NCBI GenBank assembly: GCA_964016885.1
Contig: OZ024742.1
Coordinates: 157,108,001-157,172,000 of the forward strand
Origin: Eledone cirrhosa
Taxonomy: Eukaryota
Reading direction: 5' to 3'
DNA: 64,000 nucleotides
Below, in pieces: positions 51,023 through 64,000 of this stretch. The translations under genes and the position numbers were made by a program. The notes beneath the pieces are model-generated. The model was not told the origin of the DNA. It saw only the letters and a list, made by a program, of their open reading frames with translations, and did no database searches. Every line of letters starts with the position of its first letter. Position 1 is the stretch's first letter.

Positions 51023-53090
51023 GAAGATAATAAGTCATTATGTGGAGCGGAGGAGGACAAATGCTCGCAAAGACAAAACCACGTAAATGGTATAACTGAG
51101 GTCGTAGACTAACATTCTAATTAGGAACCGAATGATTCTCGGCTTCAGAGTTAAGCATAAAGTAAATAAAATACAGAGGTAATTTAAATTAAATAAATAC
51201 ATACAGGCATCCATATACGTACATACACAAGCATAGCGAAACACTCGCCATAAATATACAAATATAAGCACGTACACAAAAAAAACCCGAACGCACATAC
51301 AGAAACCACGCAACGCCTGTATACGCACACATACGAATGTATACACCAAATACACATAAAAATATATATTAAAAAAATATATATATATGTGTGTGTGTGT
51401 GCGTGTATACATATAATTAAATAGACGAATATAAATAAATAAATACGTATATAACGCGCTCGCACACATTCCTCCATGTAAATACACATATGTTCAGAGA
51501 CGTACGCCAAACAAAACACAAATTATACATATACATACACCCTACATACCTACGAACCCGCATACTCACACAGACGCAAAACTCGCGTATACACATAACC
51601 AAATGCATATGTATCAGAATATACAATATATACGCCATAACATACACAATCAAATATACGTACGAGAAGGTATATGTACCTTTACAAAACATACAGGTAA
51701 TATATACTTACCTATACAAACAAATAATGGTATAAAGATAACATATACTTAGGTACCTCATCAAGACGTAAAATATCCGCGCATAGTTGGTACTATCAGT
51801 TAGGTTATAATGTGGGGCTGTAATACAGGAAAGTTTTGTGCAATTTATGTTTACAAGTCGAAATTGCCTCAGATTTTTTGTTTAAGATGTGTCTTTGGCG
51901 TAGAGTATTTCGAGGGCCTCAGCGGCGAAGAGGTCGCATGGTCTTTTATTTCCGTTAAACGATCTAGCCCTAGCTAGGATCTCCCAGTGTAACTGATATT
52001 GGGTGTGGTTGTATTTTAGATTCCAGATATAAGCTGAAAGTGACGTCATATTCCTTCTTAAAGGTTTAAGAAAAGAATGGGTATGCATGTAAAGATGCTG
52101 CTTGAATCTATTGACGGTTAACCCAATGTAGACCCTACGAAACGTGGGTGTTTCAACCTTACACTTGTAGACAATATTACTAGAGAGGCATTTCCCGGAG
52201 AGGGGGCAGTCAACCCGATTCCTACAATTAGAGTTAGTACTAACTACAGGGTTGCACGTGTTCCTACGGCTAGGTAGTTTAGCTAAATTTGAAGCTGTGA
52301 TGTTATGTGCAAGGTTAGGAGTCGTAGAATAAGACATTTTAATGGTATTTCTATTAAAAATGTTACTATATTTATGTGTTCGGGGAAAATGCTTCATAAA
52401 AAAAGAGAGAAAGATCTTAGCTAATGGTGTGGCCACCTCCATATTATATGGTGGGTTATAGCATATAATGCGTCGGGATCTATTTTTTCTAGGTCTATTC
52501 TCGTACTCTGTATATTCTACCTTACAGACAAATCCACTCCGAGCAAGAGCTTCATTTTAATATGTGGAATGGTCGTTGAAAATATGCTCGTTAGTAGATA
52601 GACGGGAAAGGCTCAAAGAAGGGTTTCTTACCAGGTTGTTGGTTATGCTGGCAGGATGGTTAGAATGCTTATGTATGTAATTAAGCGTATCATTCGGCTT
52701 TCTATACGGGTAGTGAAAGCCATTCAACAAATTGAGGGTAACGTCGAGGTAATTAACGACCGAGAGGTTGGCCTCAAAATTTATGGATAGGTTGAAGCCT
52801 TTAAAGAAGGCTGTGAGTTCTTTTCTGAACCTCTCACAAGCACGTGGGCCACACTTTGTCATGGTCAAAAGACCATCATCACAGTACGAACCACCGGCCA
52901 CGTTGGGGAATTCTTCCTTGATAGAGAAAAGAAGGAAAAGGCCGATAAGATCAGTAACCTCCGCAGAATCGTTGACGCCCATACTCATCTCGTTTGGGGT
53001 ACTATTAGATTTTTTTATCCTCAAGTCGGTGATTAATTTCGTAAGTCGGTGATTAATTTCGACGACTCTATTTGGATTAAAAATCTAATT
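51021..53090 (-). mobile_element. Second copy of PLE family A (RT C-half plus GIY-YIG plus part of 3' UTR) with a short 5' inversion
   Basis: ORFs 52557-53024 and 51882-52442 align with the 14870-16070 region. 53022-53083 is an inverted KSVINFDDSIWIK segment with a 20 bp tandem duplication. Confidence 0.9.
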
Positions 53091-53128
53091 TCCTTTGCTT
53101 TTCCTTCGGAATTACCTAACACCCTCCC

Positions 53129-53173
<45 letters not shown>

Positions 53174-53700
53174 ATGTACGCTTCTGATATGGGGTCTCCT
53201 CGGTTTCAGCATCACAGTATCTCTCTCACTATATAAATATATATATATATATATATATGTGACAGTCGAAGTACGTGTATGTATGTGTTTTTATGAATAA
53301 ATGAATGCATACATATAAATAAATTTATTGAAAAGTGAATAAAACTTATGCATAAAAGTGTATATGGATTATTGAGTTTAGTTATGTTCATCTGAACTGC
53401 ACATGATTGAAAGTACCCTAATTGAATAAAAAAACAATGTCAGCGTTAACGTTCCAGAAAATATGAAGATATAATATTAACGAAAATATAACAACTCAGA
53501 ATACTATCAAAGTTCAGGCACTGCAACTTGACGTTTATGTGAATTGGCTGTTGACCAATATATTAACGTGGTTTTGGAATATATATATATACGTGCATGG
53601 ATAGTATTATATCCGTCCGTCAGCTATGATGTCCTGAACATGTATCAAGTAAGACGAAAGTAAACGAATTGACATATTACAAAGGTTGCCCTCTCATGTT

Positions 53701-53759
<59 letters not shown>

Positions 53760-53760
<1 letters not shown>

Positions 53761-54246
53761 TAAACGGAATAGAAAATGCTGACAAATTGTTCACAGTGAA
53801 AAATAGTTTAATTAGTAATAGTATTGGTTAGTATTAAGTTTTGGTTTTAAGTTTTACCGGTTGCGCATTTCTAATGCTTTTCAAAAATAGTTTGAGATAG
53901 AGCGTCCGTGATGTTTGCTCTGATCTGATTAGTTTTGGGAATTCTACCTGTTTTTATGTTAAAAAAGTGGCTCCAGCGGTATTAAAATAAGTTTTGCGCC
54001 AATTCGTGTTGCAAAAATGTTTGTGGTCAACACAATTTTGATTGGTCGGTAGAGATCATGTGAATGTAAAAAATTGATTTTGCGCCAACTGTAGGTTTGT
54101 GTCGGCTGACTGAGAAATAAGTCTTTCATAACAAATATGTGTGTGTGTGAGTGTAGTAGTAGTAAAGAGGTTCGTTGTTGTTATAATGGTCAGCAGGGAT
54201 GTGTGTGCTTACCGCAGCCTGTTGACAGTTCAAATGCCTATTAAGA

Positions 54247-54342
<96 letters not shown>

Positions 54343-54451
54343 GCAGAGTAATTCGTGGTAGAGGGATGGTCAGTAGGAATGTGTCTGTAAGTGTGTGGGG
54401 GATATTTTAACATGTTAAAATATATTTTTTCAGCTCTTGTCTTATACGGAG

Positions 54452-54491
<40 letters not shown>

Positions 54492-56268
54492 ATCTTTGTA
54501 TGTTAATGTACGCGTGTGTATGCGTGTGTGTATATATGTGTGTGTGTGTGAGAGAGAATATGAGTGTGTGGGGGTGGGGGTGGATCAGTATTTATTTCTG
54601 TTAAAATGGTGTACATTATTCGATATTTTCAGTAAAATCGATTCTCTCAATAGAACATCAAACATCTTAATAATAAAAGGTGTGAAATGATATATAGTAT
54701 TGGCATAATACCAAGGTGTGTGTGAGTGTGTCCAGATTGTACGTACTGCAAGGGGGATCCATTAGGCCTTGCCGTATTGGAATACCTGTGCACAAATATG
54801 TATCTGGAGTGTGTCCAGAAATTGTATACCTGTGCACAAATATTATCTGGAGTGTGTCCAGATTGTACGTACTGCAAGGGTAATCCATTAGGCCCTGCCG
54901 TATTGGATTACATGTGCACAAATATGTATGTGCCCATCAGTGTGCAATGCATGTGTGCGTTTATGTATGTGTGTGTGTGTCGGCACGTTTAGATCTATAG
55001 ACATCAAAAGTTATGCAAATTTGTGTATATTTGTGTTGCACCATAGAACATGTGTGTTTACGTATGTCATTGTGTTTATATGTGGGTAGAGATGTATGAT
55101 GATGTAGGTATGTATGTTGAAGTGTGTATGTTGTGGGGTCGTCTTAGGGAGAAGTGTTTAGACGGGGTCGGTATTTGTTAATAAAGTAAGATTCCTTGCT
55201 GACGCGCAGGGTGTGGGTGGCATTACCTTTAAATTTGTAGAGGGGAAAGATTCTGAAGTTGGGATGATGTTGGGCGGTACAGGTATCAATGTGTTCACTC
55301 AGTGGTATTTTCCTGTATTCCCGTATTTTAATTTGGGATCTATGAACAGTCATGCGTTGTCGGAGGCTGTTTTTGGTCTGGCCTATGTATTGTTCTCGAC
55401 AACCTGACAAGTTTATACATATATTAGATTTTCTGATGCACATGTGAAATTGTGTTTTACTATAAAACGTTGTCCTTCTTTGAAATAGAATTCCGAACCC
55501 TCTATTAGGTTGATGCAGATGCCACAGTTGGGTCTATCGCATTTGTTTACTGTGGGTTTCGTTGTTGTGGTTGGCAGTACTTTGGCATGTGTTAGGATGT
55601 TTTTCATTGACTTAGATTGTCTTTTGCTCTTTATGATATCGTGTGTTCGTAGGATTTGGTTCATTCTATGGTCCTTTTTCAACACAGGTATGCTCTGGAG
55701 GATGGTGTCAAAGGCCTCATTGTTGAGGGGTTGTGTGTGGAGATGTATGGAAGAGCTTTTAGTTTCGGTTGATTTAATTTAGGATGTCTTAGGTCCTGGG
55801 AACTGGGTTTTAGGGCACGTTGGATTCCATTGTCAATTTTTGATGCAGGGTAGTCCCTGCCTATGAGTGTGTCCTTTAGTTCTTGTAGCCGTAAGTAACG
55901 GCTGTTTTTATTGGAGATTATAGTACAGATTCTCTTGGCTAAGTTGTAGGGAATATTAATTTTAACGTGTCTAGGGTGGCAAGAGTTGAAAGGAAGATAT
56001 TGCTTGGAGTCTGTTGGCTTGTAGTATATGTCTGTTTCTATTTTTTTGTTATGGATCTTAATGTGAATGTCGAGGAAGGGGAGTTGTTGATGGCTGTATT
56101 CCATCGTGAAGTTAATATTTGTGTTGAGCCCATTTATAAGGGTGTGAAATTCTTTAAGTTTCTCGATATTTTCGTGCCAAAGGATGAAGCAGTCATCTAG
56201 ATATCGCTTCCAGTTCCTTTCTATGTGTAAGTGGAGAGTGTTTCCAAATTTGTTTAGGACTTTAGTGT
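53760..56268 (-). mobile_element. Neptune-like PLE, 5' truncated and frameshifted
   Basis: RYLDDCF (about 56190-56210), LPFLDI, NSCHPRH, CDRPNCGIC, NLIY, YIGQTKNSLRQRMTVH. 3' UTR has (CA)n and about 83 bp tandem units at 54726-54930. HHR at 53852. Confidence 0.88.
53852..53887 (-). ncRNA. U3-A8 hammerhead variant, decayed (GAAA to GCAA)
   Basis: rc: TTT-TTGAAAA-GCAT-tagaa-ATGC-GCAA-CCGG-T-A-AAA. Confidence 0.55.
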
Positions 56269-57256
56269 ATATATATAATACGTTTTCAATAAAGTTTCAG
56301 TTCCAGAAATGGTATTCCACGTAGTTTATGAGGAACAGACAGTTAGCAGATTTTATAAGCTGTTTGGTCTTGTATTAGAATATAATCCAAAACCTGAGCT
56401 ACATGAAGATACATATCTTCTGATCGAACTCTAAGTGTAAATATATATGTATAATATAAACTGTTGAATAGGAAAATTACATCCCCTCTTCCAATACAAA
56501 CATTTCTTAAGATGGAATCCGCCTCTAAAATGTAATAAATATCAGATATATTTAGTTACATTCTGTCACACAGCATTGGATGTAAAGCAGAAAATCCACT
56601 TTGATATTCTACTAACGATTTCCTTCGCTTCATATGATAATTGCTTCGATGTAAAATCCCAGTTTTCCTGTTAAATTTGCGCATATATAAAGTGTAGATA
56701 CACAAATAACCACATTTTAAGCATGAAATTTATTGGGTTTAAATCTAACCTGAAATTATCCAGACAATATTCCATGGTAATTTCTGTAACCATGCTCGTG
56801 CATATTCAAGACATTGCGTGCAGTGTTATCGGCTTTAATTCAAACAAATTGTATTCACATTTTCCCCAAAAAGGCTAAAACCAAAGACACAATTATCTTT
56901 GACATCTTTTTTTTTTCAGATTTCATTCGAGGATAGATGGAAAGAGAGTCTCCTAAATCTTTGATTTATGAATAAAATGGAAGCGGTATTACTCAGACAT
57001 CCTTTGCCATTGCGTCTTATATAAGATAATCAACTTATATAAGGGACTTATATATATGGAATTAAGTACTATGTGTAGGGTATATATATATATATATAAA
57101 TATATAAATATATATATATATATACGGATTAACAAATAATAGTTAAATGCAGTCCACTAAACAAATGTAAGCTATGTGATTAAAAACTTTTTTTGTATAG
57201 CAAACCATGTAAACCTTCTTTCCTGATTTATTATATATATATATATATTTATATAT

Positions 57257-59847
57257 AAAGAAAAAGGGATGAAATCGAAAATGCAACTGAAGTCTTATTT
57301 TTTTTAAAAATATATATATTTATTTGGTTCCTTTACCGGTTTCGCAGTTCTTCTGCTTTTCAAAAGGTGAGTTGAGATGGAGGGTCTGTGGTTTTTCTCA
57401 CATCTGGTTGGTCTCTAAATGTTACTTGTTTTATATGGAAAAAGTGACTCGAAAGCCAGGTTTTTCGAGAAGTAATTTGATTGGTTTGTCAATAATTATA
57501 ATAAATTTCGCGCCAGTTCGCGTTACAATAGTTCTTCAAATAAGAGAGGAAGGGGGGGGGTTGCCACAGGTTGTTTTTTCATATATGAGTGTTTGAATTT
57601 CTTTTTACTTGAAAAAGTGAGGCTCACGAAGGCTTTTTTGGGTTGGTTATAAATGAAATTTGGCTGTCACGTGAACAAGATTTCATTACATTTTTGCGCC
57701 CTTATTTGGAAAACTATTCTGTAGTCTTTATAGTGAATGTTATGACAATGGAGAGTTAGTCGTCAAGTGAAAAGGGATTGGGAGAAATGTTCTGGTTCAG
57801 TGAATATGGCCAGCTGTCAGAGTTCAGGTGTCAGAGTTCAGATTTTCTATTGAGACTGAAGATGTGTTTATTTGTGTGCTTGTGTGTGTGTGTATATATG
57901 TGTGTGTGTATGTGTGTATTGGAAGATGATTCTATTAGTAGAGATGGGGGAGGGATTTGTGTGTGTGTGTATATGGGTGTTATGTGTGTGTGTGCGAGTA
58001 TGTTAGATGGAGAGAATATATATTTTGTGTGTGTGTATATATATATATGTGTGTAGGAAAGTGGTTCTATTAGTAGAAATGGGGAGGGTGTTGTAGGTGT
58101 GGGGGTTGTTATGTGTGTGTATGGGTGTTATGTGTGTGGGAGTATGGTTAGCATGTTAAGATGAAGAGAATATATATATATATATATATTGTGTGTATGT
58201 GTGTGTGTAGGAAAATGATTCCTTCAGTAGGAATATTTTTGAATGAACATATTTTCCTGACTTTTTCGTGTTTGCTGTTGTATTGCCAGTGCAAACGTAT
58301 GTTAAGGTTTATTTAGTTCGGGTTTTTATCACTTCACTTGCTCATCAAAAAATCTAGTTTATGCCATTAAATGTAAAGGATGCAATGAAGATTATATAGG
58401 ACAAACTAAACTCACACTCAGAAACAGAATGACAGTTCATCGCCAACAATTACGAGATCCAACCACGAGACAGATACCACTAAGTGCATATCTAGACATT
58501 TGCGCAAGTAATAAGACACCCAAATTCCAAGTCTTCCCATTTTACCTTTGCGCTAACAATACAACAGAACAAATGCGAATAAATAAGGAAAATATGTTTA
58601 TTCAAAAATATAGACCAACATTAAATAAGGTTTAATATACATTATGTCAACACCACAATATGACATACACACACACACATAACACCTTCTACTTTAGAAA
58701 ATAAAAACCCAAACTAAATAAACCTTAACATACGTTTGCACTGGCAATACAACAGCAAACACGAAAAAGTCAGGAAAATATGTTCATTCAAAAATATTCC
58801 TACTAAAGGAATCATTTTCCTACACACACACATACACACACACACAATATATATATATATATATTCTCTTCATCTTAACATGCTAACCATACTCCCACAC
58901 ACATAACACCCATACACACACATAACAACCCCCACACCTACAACACCCTCCCCATTTCTACTAATAGAACCACTTTCCTACACACATATATATATACACA
59001 CACACAAAATATATATTCTCTCCATCTAACATAATCGCACACACACACATAACACCCATATACACACACACACAACTCCCTCCCCATCTCTACTAATAGA
59101 ATCATCTTCCAATACACACATACACACACACACACACATATATACACACACACAAGCACACAAATAAACACATATCTTCAGTCTCAATAGAAAATCTGAA
59201 CTCTGACACCTGAACTCTGACAGCTGGCCATATTCACTGAACCAGAACATTTCTCCCAATCCCTTTTCCCTTGACGACTATCTCTCCATTGTCATAACAT
59301 TCACTATAAAGACTACAGAATAGTTTTCCAAATAAGGGCGCAAAAATGTAATGAAAACTTGTTCACGTGACAGCCAAATTTCATTTATAACCAACCAAAA
59401 AAAAACCTTCGTGAGCCTCATTTTTTCAAGTAAAAAGAAATTCAAACACTCATATATGAAAAAACAACCTGTGACAACCCCCCCCCCCCCCTCTCTTATT
59501 TGAAGAACTATTGTAACGCGAACTGGCGCGAAATTTATTATAATTATTGACAAACCAATCAAATTACTTCTCGAAAAACCTGGCTTTCGAGCCACTTTTT
59601 CCATATAAAACAAGTAACATTTAGAGACCAACCAGATGTGAGAAAAACCACAGACCCTCCATCTCAACTCACCTTTTGAAAAGCAGAAGAACTGCGAAAC
59701 CGGTAAAGGAACCAAATAAATATATATATTTTTAAAAAAAATAAGACTTCAGTTGCATTTTCGATTTCATCCCTTTTTCTTTATACTTCCACTCGTGTAG
59801 GACACCTCGGTTATTTTTCATTTAGTAAAAAAAATCTTACTTTCTAA
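57257..59847 (+). mobile_element. Neptune-like PLE 3' end with about 1.07 kb inverted pLTR
   Basis: 57257-58329 is near rc of 58700-59782. 58330-58635 encodes FTCSSKNLVYAIKCKGCNEDYIGQT...RMTVHRQQ...KYRPTLN. Tail 59783-59847. Confidence 0.9.
59672..59709 (+). ncRNA. Minimal type I hammerhead, U3-A8 variant, GUA site (mirror copy 57330-57367 on minus strand)
   Basis: CCTT-TTGAAAA-GCAG-aagaa-CTGC-GAAA-CCGG-T-A-AAGG. Confidence 0.72.
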
Positions 59848-59867
59848 TATATATATATATATATATA

Positions 59868-59991
59868 TTATAAATATAATCTATCGCCGTATTTTGACTA
59901 ATGATTTCTTTAATTTCTTTAGTCAAAATACGGCGATAGCTTATATTTATAATTTCAAACTCGCTCGCTGTTTCGAAATTATTCTTACTTG
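59868..59991 (+). mobile_element. Short hairpin (about 33 bp arms) plus about 38 nt tail in (TA)n
   Basis: TTATAAATATAATCTATCGCCGTATTTTGACTAA / TTAGTCAAAATACGGCGATAGCTTATATTTATAA. Confidence 0.65.
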
Positions 59992-60377
59992 ATATATATA
60001 TATATATGTACCGATTTGTGTGTGTGTGTTCGAAACTTTATGCAGATTTCCATACACACGCATCCATCATTTTATCTTTTTTTCGTGGAAATCAACCCTC
60101 TCCCAATAACTGGCCGTTCAAACATATAATGTAAGTCTTATTGCTGAGTCAATTTTGAATATCATTAATATGTAATTGAATATTTCGTCCATTCACATAG
60201 ATTTTGTTCTTTATTCATGAAAGAACTTGTTAACGTATATGAGGTTCTATTTATTTCATCTTTATTATTTCACTGCTTATATTTACCTCGTAATTCGCTA
60301 CTAAAATTACCTTCAAAACTTAATATATTGAAACTATTCATTTTCTAAACCATTCAATATTTTTGTAATCTACATAC

Positions 60378-60452
<75 letters not shown>

Positions 60453-61007
60453 CATTTTTTTTTACAACAAATACAAAGAGAGTTTGATTTTCTTTCTCAT
60501 ATTGGATACTACCAAGATATCATATACGTACGTCATTCTTTTTCAAACATTATCTCCCTGCACAATAATTGGAACTTATTTTATCGACATTATGAAATGT
60601 AAATTATTTAATATTGCTGCGACATTTATCATATAGCTTCTTGATTTACGGCTAAATTACTATTGGTAACATAAAACATTTTATTTTGAATTTGATATAA
60701 TATACTATATTGAACATTTTTTCTATATAGTTTGTAACATAATTTCACCGAAATTGTGTTCACACGTTAACCATTTCAAAATGTCTATTTTGCTTTTCGA
60801 TTATTGGGCTTGATGTAATGTCAACTATTATATCGTGTTTTAAATCCTTAGAAACTAGGGTGTAGTAATGATACTCAGACATGAAGTGGATTGATAAGAT
60901 ATGAAAGCGTGCTTGACTACATATATATTTGTCTGTATCTGTGTCCTACTTCTTTCTGCATGTCTTCTATATATATGTAAATATATATATATATATACAC
61001 ACATACA

Positions 61008-61172
<165 letters not shown>

Positions 61173-61842
61173 TATTGCATGTTGAACATTTGTTGGATAT
61201 GCTCACGTGCACATAGCAAATCGAAAATTTCGGCTGGAAATGGTCAGTTAGATATATTGGGAACTAGACAGGTTATATTTAATTGGCAGTAGCACTAAAA
61301 CAGGGTTTGAGATTAATACATGTGGAAATACATAAAAACATATATGTTATGTATATTTTCAATAAACATATGGTTAGCCTCCCTATAAAAAGATTTTTCT
61401 GTATGTTTATTGTGTATAAATGTATTTTTCTGTATGTTTATTGTGTATAAATGTATAATGCCGTGAAAAAGAATGATCAGATAAGCCGTTTAAATTAAAG
61501 CCATAAATAATTTTTGCGAGCTTGATCGATTCCAGGAACGTGACATGATGTTTGCTGAAAGACCCAAAATGTAAGCGAACATCGAACTTACCTTCGCAAG
61601 CCAACCACCATAAACATTAAACCGCACATCTTCAAACATACACACTTAACATCAGTGATAACCATATGAAAATAATATTTCGTATACGCTATTTTTGAAC
61701 AACATAATATCCGGGTCTTCTCTTTTCAGTGGAAAATTTTGTTTGTCACGATTCAGTGGCCTTACATAGAATATTGATAAGATTTTCTGTCTTTACGTTT
61801 ACCCTCTCCGTTTCCTCATATATATGTACTCACACATACACA

Positions 61843-61875
<33 letters not shown>

Positions 61876-61893
61876 AATATATATATATACATA

Positions 61894-62041
<148 letters not shown>

Positions 62042-62095
62042 ATTTATATATATATATATATATAACATTTATTAAATGAAACTGATATATGAATA

Positions 62096-62137
<42 letters not shown>

Positions 62138-62659
62138 TTATATATATATAAAAAATTGGCATAATACAATTTGTTGTTGCAGAAATATTGATCGGTGATC
62201 CATGAAACGCTTTAGAACAAAAATGTCATTTAACTACAACATTCGGTTACATCAATCTTGTGACCCAAACATAAAACTGAACTAAATTTATTCTTTGTCA
62301 TCAATATTGATTATTTATTCCTCTTTCTTTGAAATATCTATCCGTATATTTTGTCGTGTTCCAGGAGTAGTAAGTAATGTTGATGAATTTCCTGTCGTAT
62401 CTCATGCAGGGCGTGGCCGAGATGGTACTGAGCTAACATTTTGTATCGAGATATCTTTTTTCTGACCTACAACTCGCAACTTGAATCCTGCCAAATTTGA
62501 AAAATGGCATTTCAAATGACATTACCTTTCATCTCTTTTACTCGTTATAGCAAATAATATTTAAAAAATAAACTTCAATCGAATATAAGTCCTGTAGTGT
62601 TACGTCGTCTCATAACTTTAAAATGATTTGTTAGAGCCAAAGACAATATTACTGGTAGT

Positions 62660-62850
62660 GGCCAGGGGGCGGATTTGACTGAATTGGAAGAATTACGTAT
62701 ACAATAGCATGCAGTATTTGTTATGGCTCCTAACATTTTGACTTCAAATCCCACCGAGTTCAAATTTGCCTTTCCTCAAGAAATCCATGGGGCTGGGAAT
62801 TACTAGTGTCACCCTTCTCCTAAATTCCTTGGATTTGTTCCTAAACTACA
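62660..62850 (+). mobile_element. Degenerate SINE
   Basis: GACTTCAAATCCCACCGAGTTCAAATTTGCCTTTC core and TTTGTTCCTAAACTA 3' end. Confidence 0.55.
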
Positions 62851-63038
62851 CATCGATAATATTAGTAATCATCATGTACGCCGAGAAATGTCGCATAAAG
62901 GATCATAGAATTTAAACCGGTGACTACATTTTCATCAAGTATTGATCTTTATCAACATGTTTTTGGAATATCTCACTCTACTTCATGACGTGGCGCAGAA
63001 AATATAGGCATATCCCTACATTGTAGATCAACATAAAT

Positions 63039-63069
<31 letters not shown>

Positions 63070-63189
63070 AATGGGGGGATTGTCTGTCTGTGTGAGTGTG
63101 TGTGTGTATGTAACAGAATGTGCAGCTGCTTGCGGTAGCTTGTATTATAAATATATATATATATATATATGTATATAGAAATATATATA

Positions 63190-64000
63190 AATGTAAGTAT
63201 ATGTTTTGTTTATTCCTTTACTTATTTGCATAGGTAAGTATATATTACCCGTATGTTTCGTGAAGGTATGTATACTTTCTCGTACGTATATTTGACTGTT
63301 GTGGCGTATAATTATTACATAGTCTGGTATTTAGGGTTTGGCTATGTGTATACGGGAGTTTTGCGTCTGCATGAGTATGCAGGTTTGTACGTATGGTGGG
63401 TGTGTGTATATGTGTACTTCTTGTTTTAGTTGACTTACGTCTCCGAACATTCGTGTATTTATATGTAGGTATGCGTGTGCGCTTGTTATATACGTATTTA
63501 TTTACTTATATACGTTGATATAATTATTTATTTATTTGTACACAAGCATACACACATATTTATATGTGCGTGGTTTTGTATACCTATGGTAAGGTTTTGC
63601 GTATGCTTGTGTATGTACGTATCTGTTTGCATGTATGTATTTATTTGTTTCTATTACTTCTGTATTGTATTTAGTCTACAACTTCTGCTATACCATTTAC
63701 GTGGTTTAGTCTTTGCGTGCTATTGTTCTCCACGCTCCACATATGACTTATTATCTTCGTTTTTTCGTTCATTGCCAGAGAACGTCTCTATGCACCACCT
63801 AAGAGAACATTAGTCTACGAGCTCTTTTATACCAGAAACGTGGTTCTGTCTTTGCACGTAATTGTTTTTCACCGCTCCTATTAATGACGTATTATTCGTT
63901 TTTTCCCGTTCTTTGCCGGCGAACGTTACCACGAACCAAAGTATCGTCTTCCTGTCTTCCTCCGGTTGCAACGTTTTTTGAAATATCCAGTTCTGCGTTT
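63190..64000 (+). mobile_element. Third copy of PLE family A 3' UTR/pLTR (runs off the window)
   Basis: Near rc of 13920-14810 and colinear with 17540-17870. Confidence 0.88.

Noticed and set aside
54726-54930. Spaced repeats resembling a CRISPR array
   Set aside because: Simple tandem duplications inside a PLE 3' UTR in eukaryotic context, with no unique spacers or cas genes
61407-61680. Short ORF and AG|GTAAGT donor-like site on minus strand as a host exon
   Set aside because: No recognisable protein similarity or supporting exon. Needs RNA-seq

Overview
AT-rich eukaryotic, repeat-dominated window with no recognisable host gene. The SINE family and microsatellite load suggest a cephalopod/octopod-like genome, but that is inference only. 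The DNA is a mosaic of retroelements separated by (TA)n and (TAA)n microsatellites: Penelope-like elements (PLEs; RT plus C-terminal GIY-YIG, Nematis-like and Neptune-like), two near full-length Dong/R4-type REL-endonuclease non-LTR elements plus older remnants, Tx1/L1 and RTE fragments, a deleted Tc1/mariner, about 10 SINE copies and a tRNA-Pro pseudogene. The main signal is RNA-structural. PLE pseudo-LTRs and small non-coding TA-inserted elements carry many type I hammerhead ribozyme (HHR) motifs, several of them non-canonical: 60-113 nt structured inserts in domain II (two related copies show covariation), a compensated U3-A8 core swap in two diverged Neptune families, and U4 variants. There are also terminally redundant 0.6-1 kb non-coding units and snap-back palindrome+tail insertions. 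Most short ORFs in the track are microsatellite translations. All structures and coordinates were read by eye, and nothing was computed or searched.
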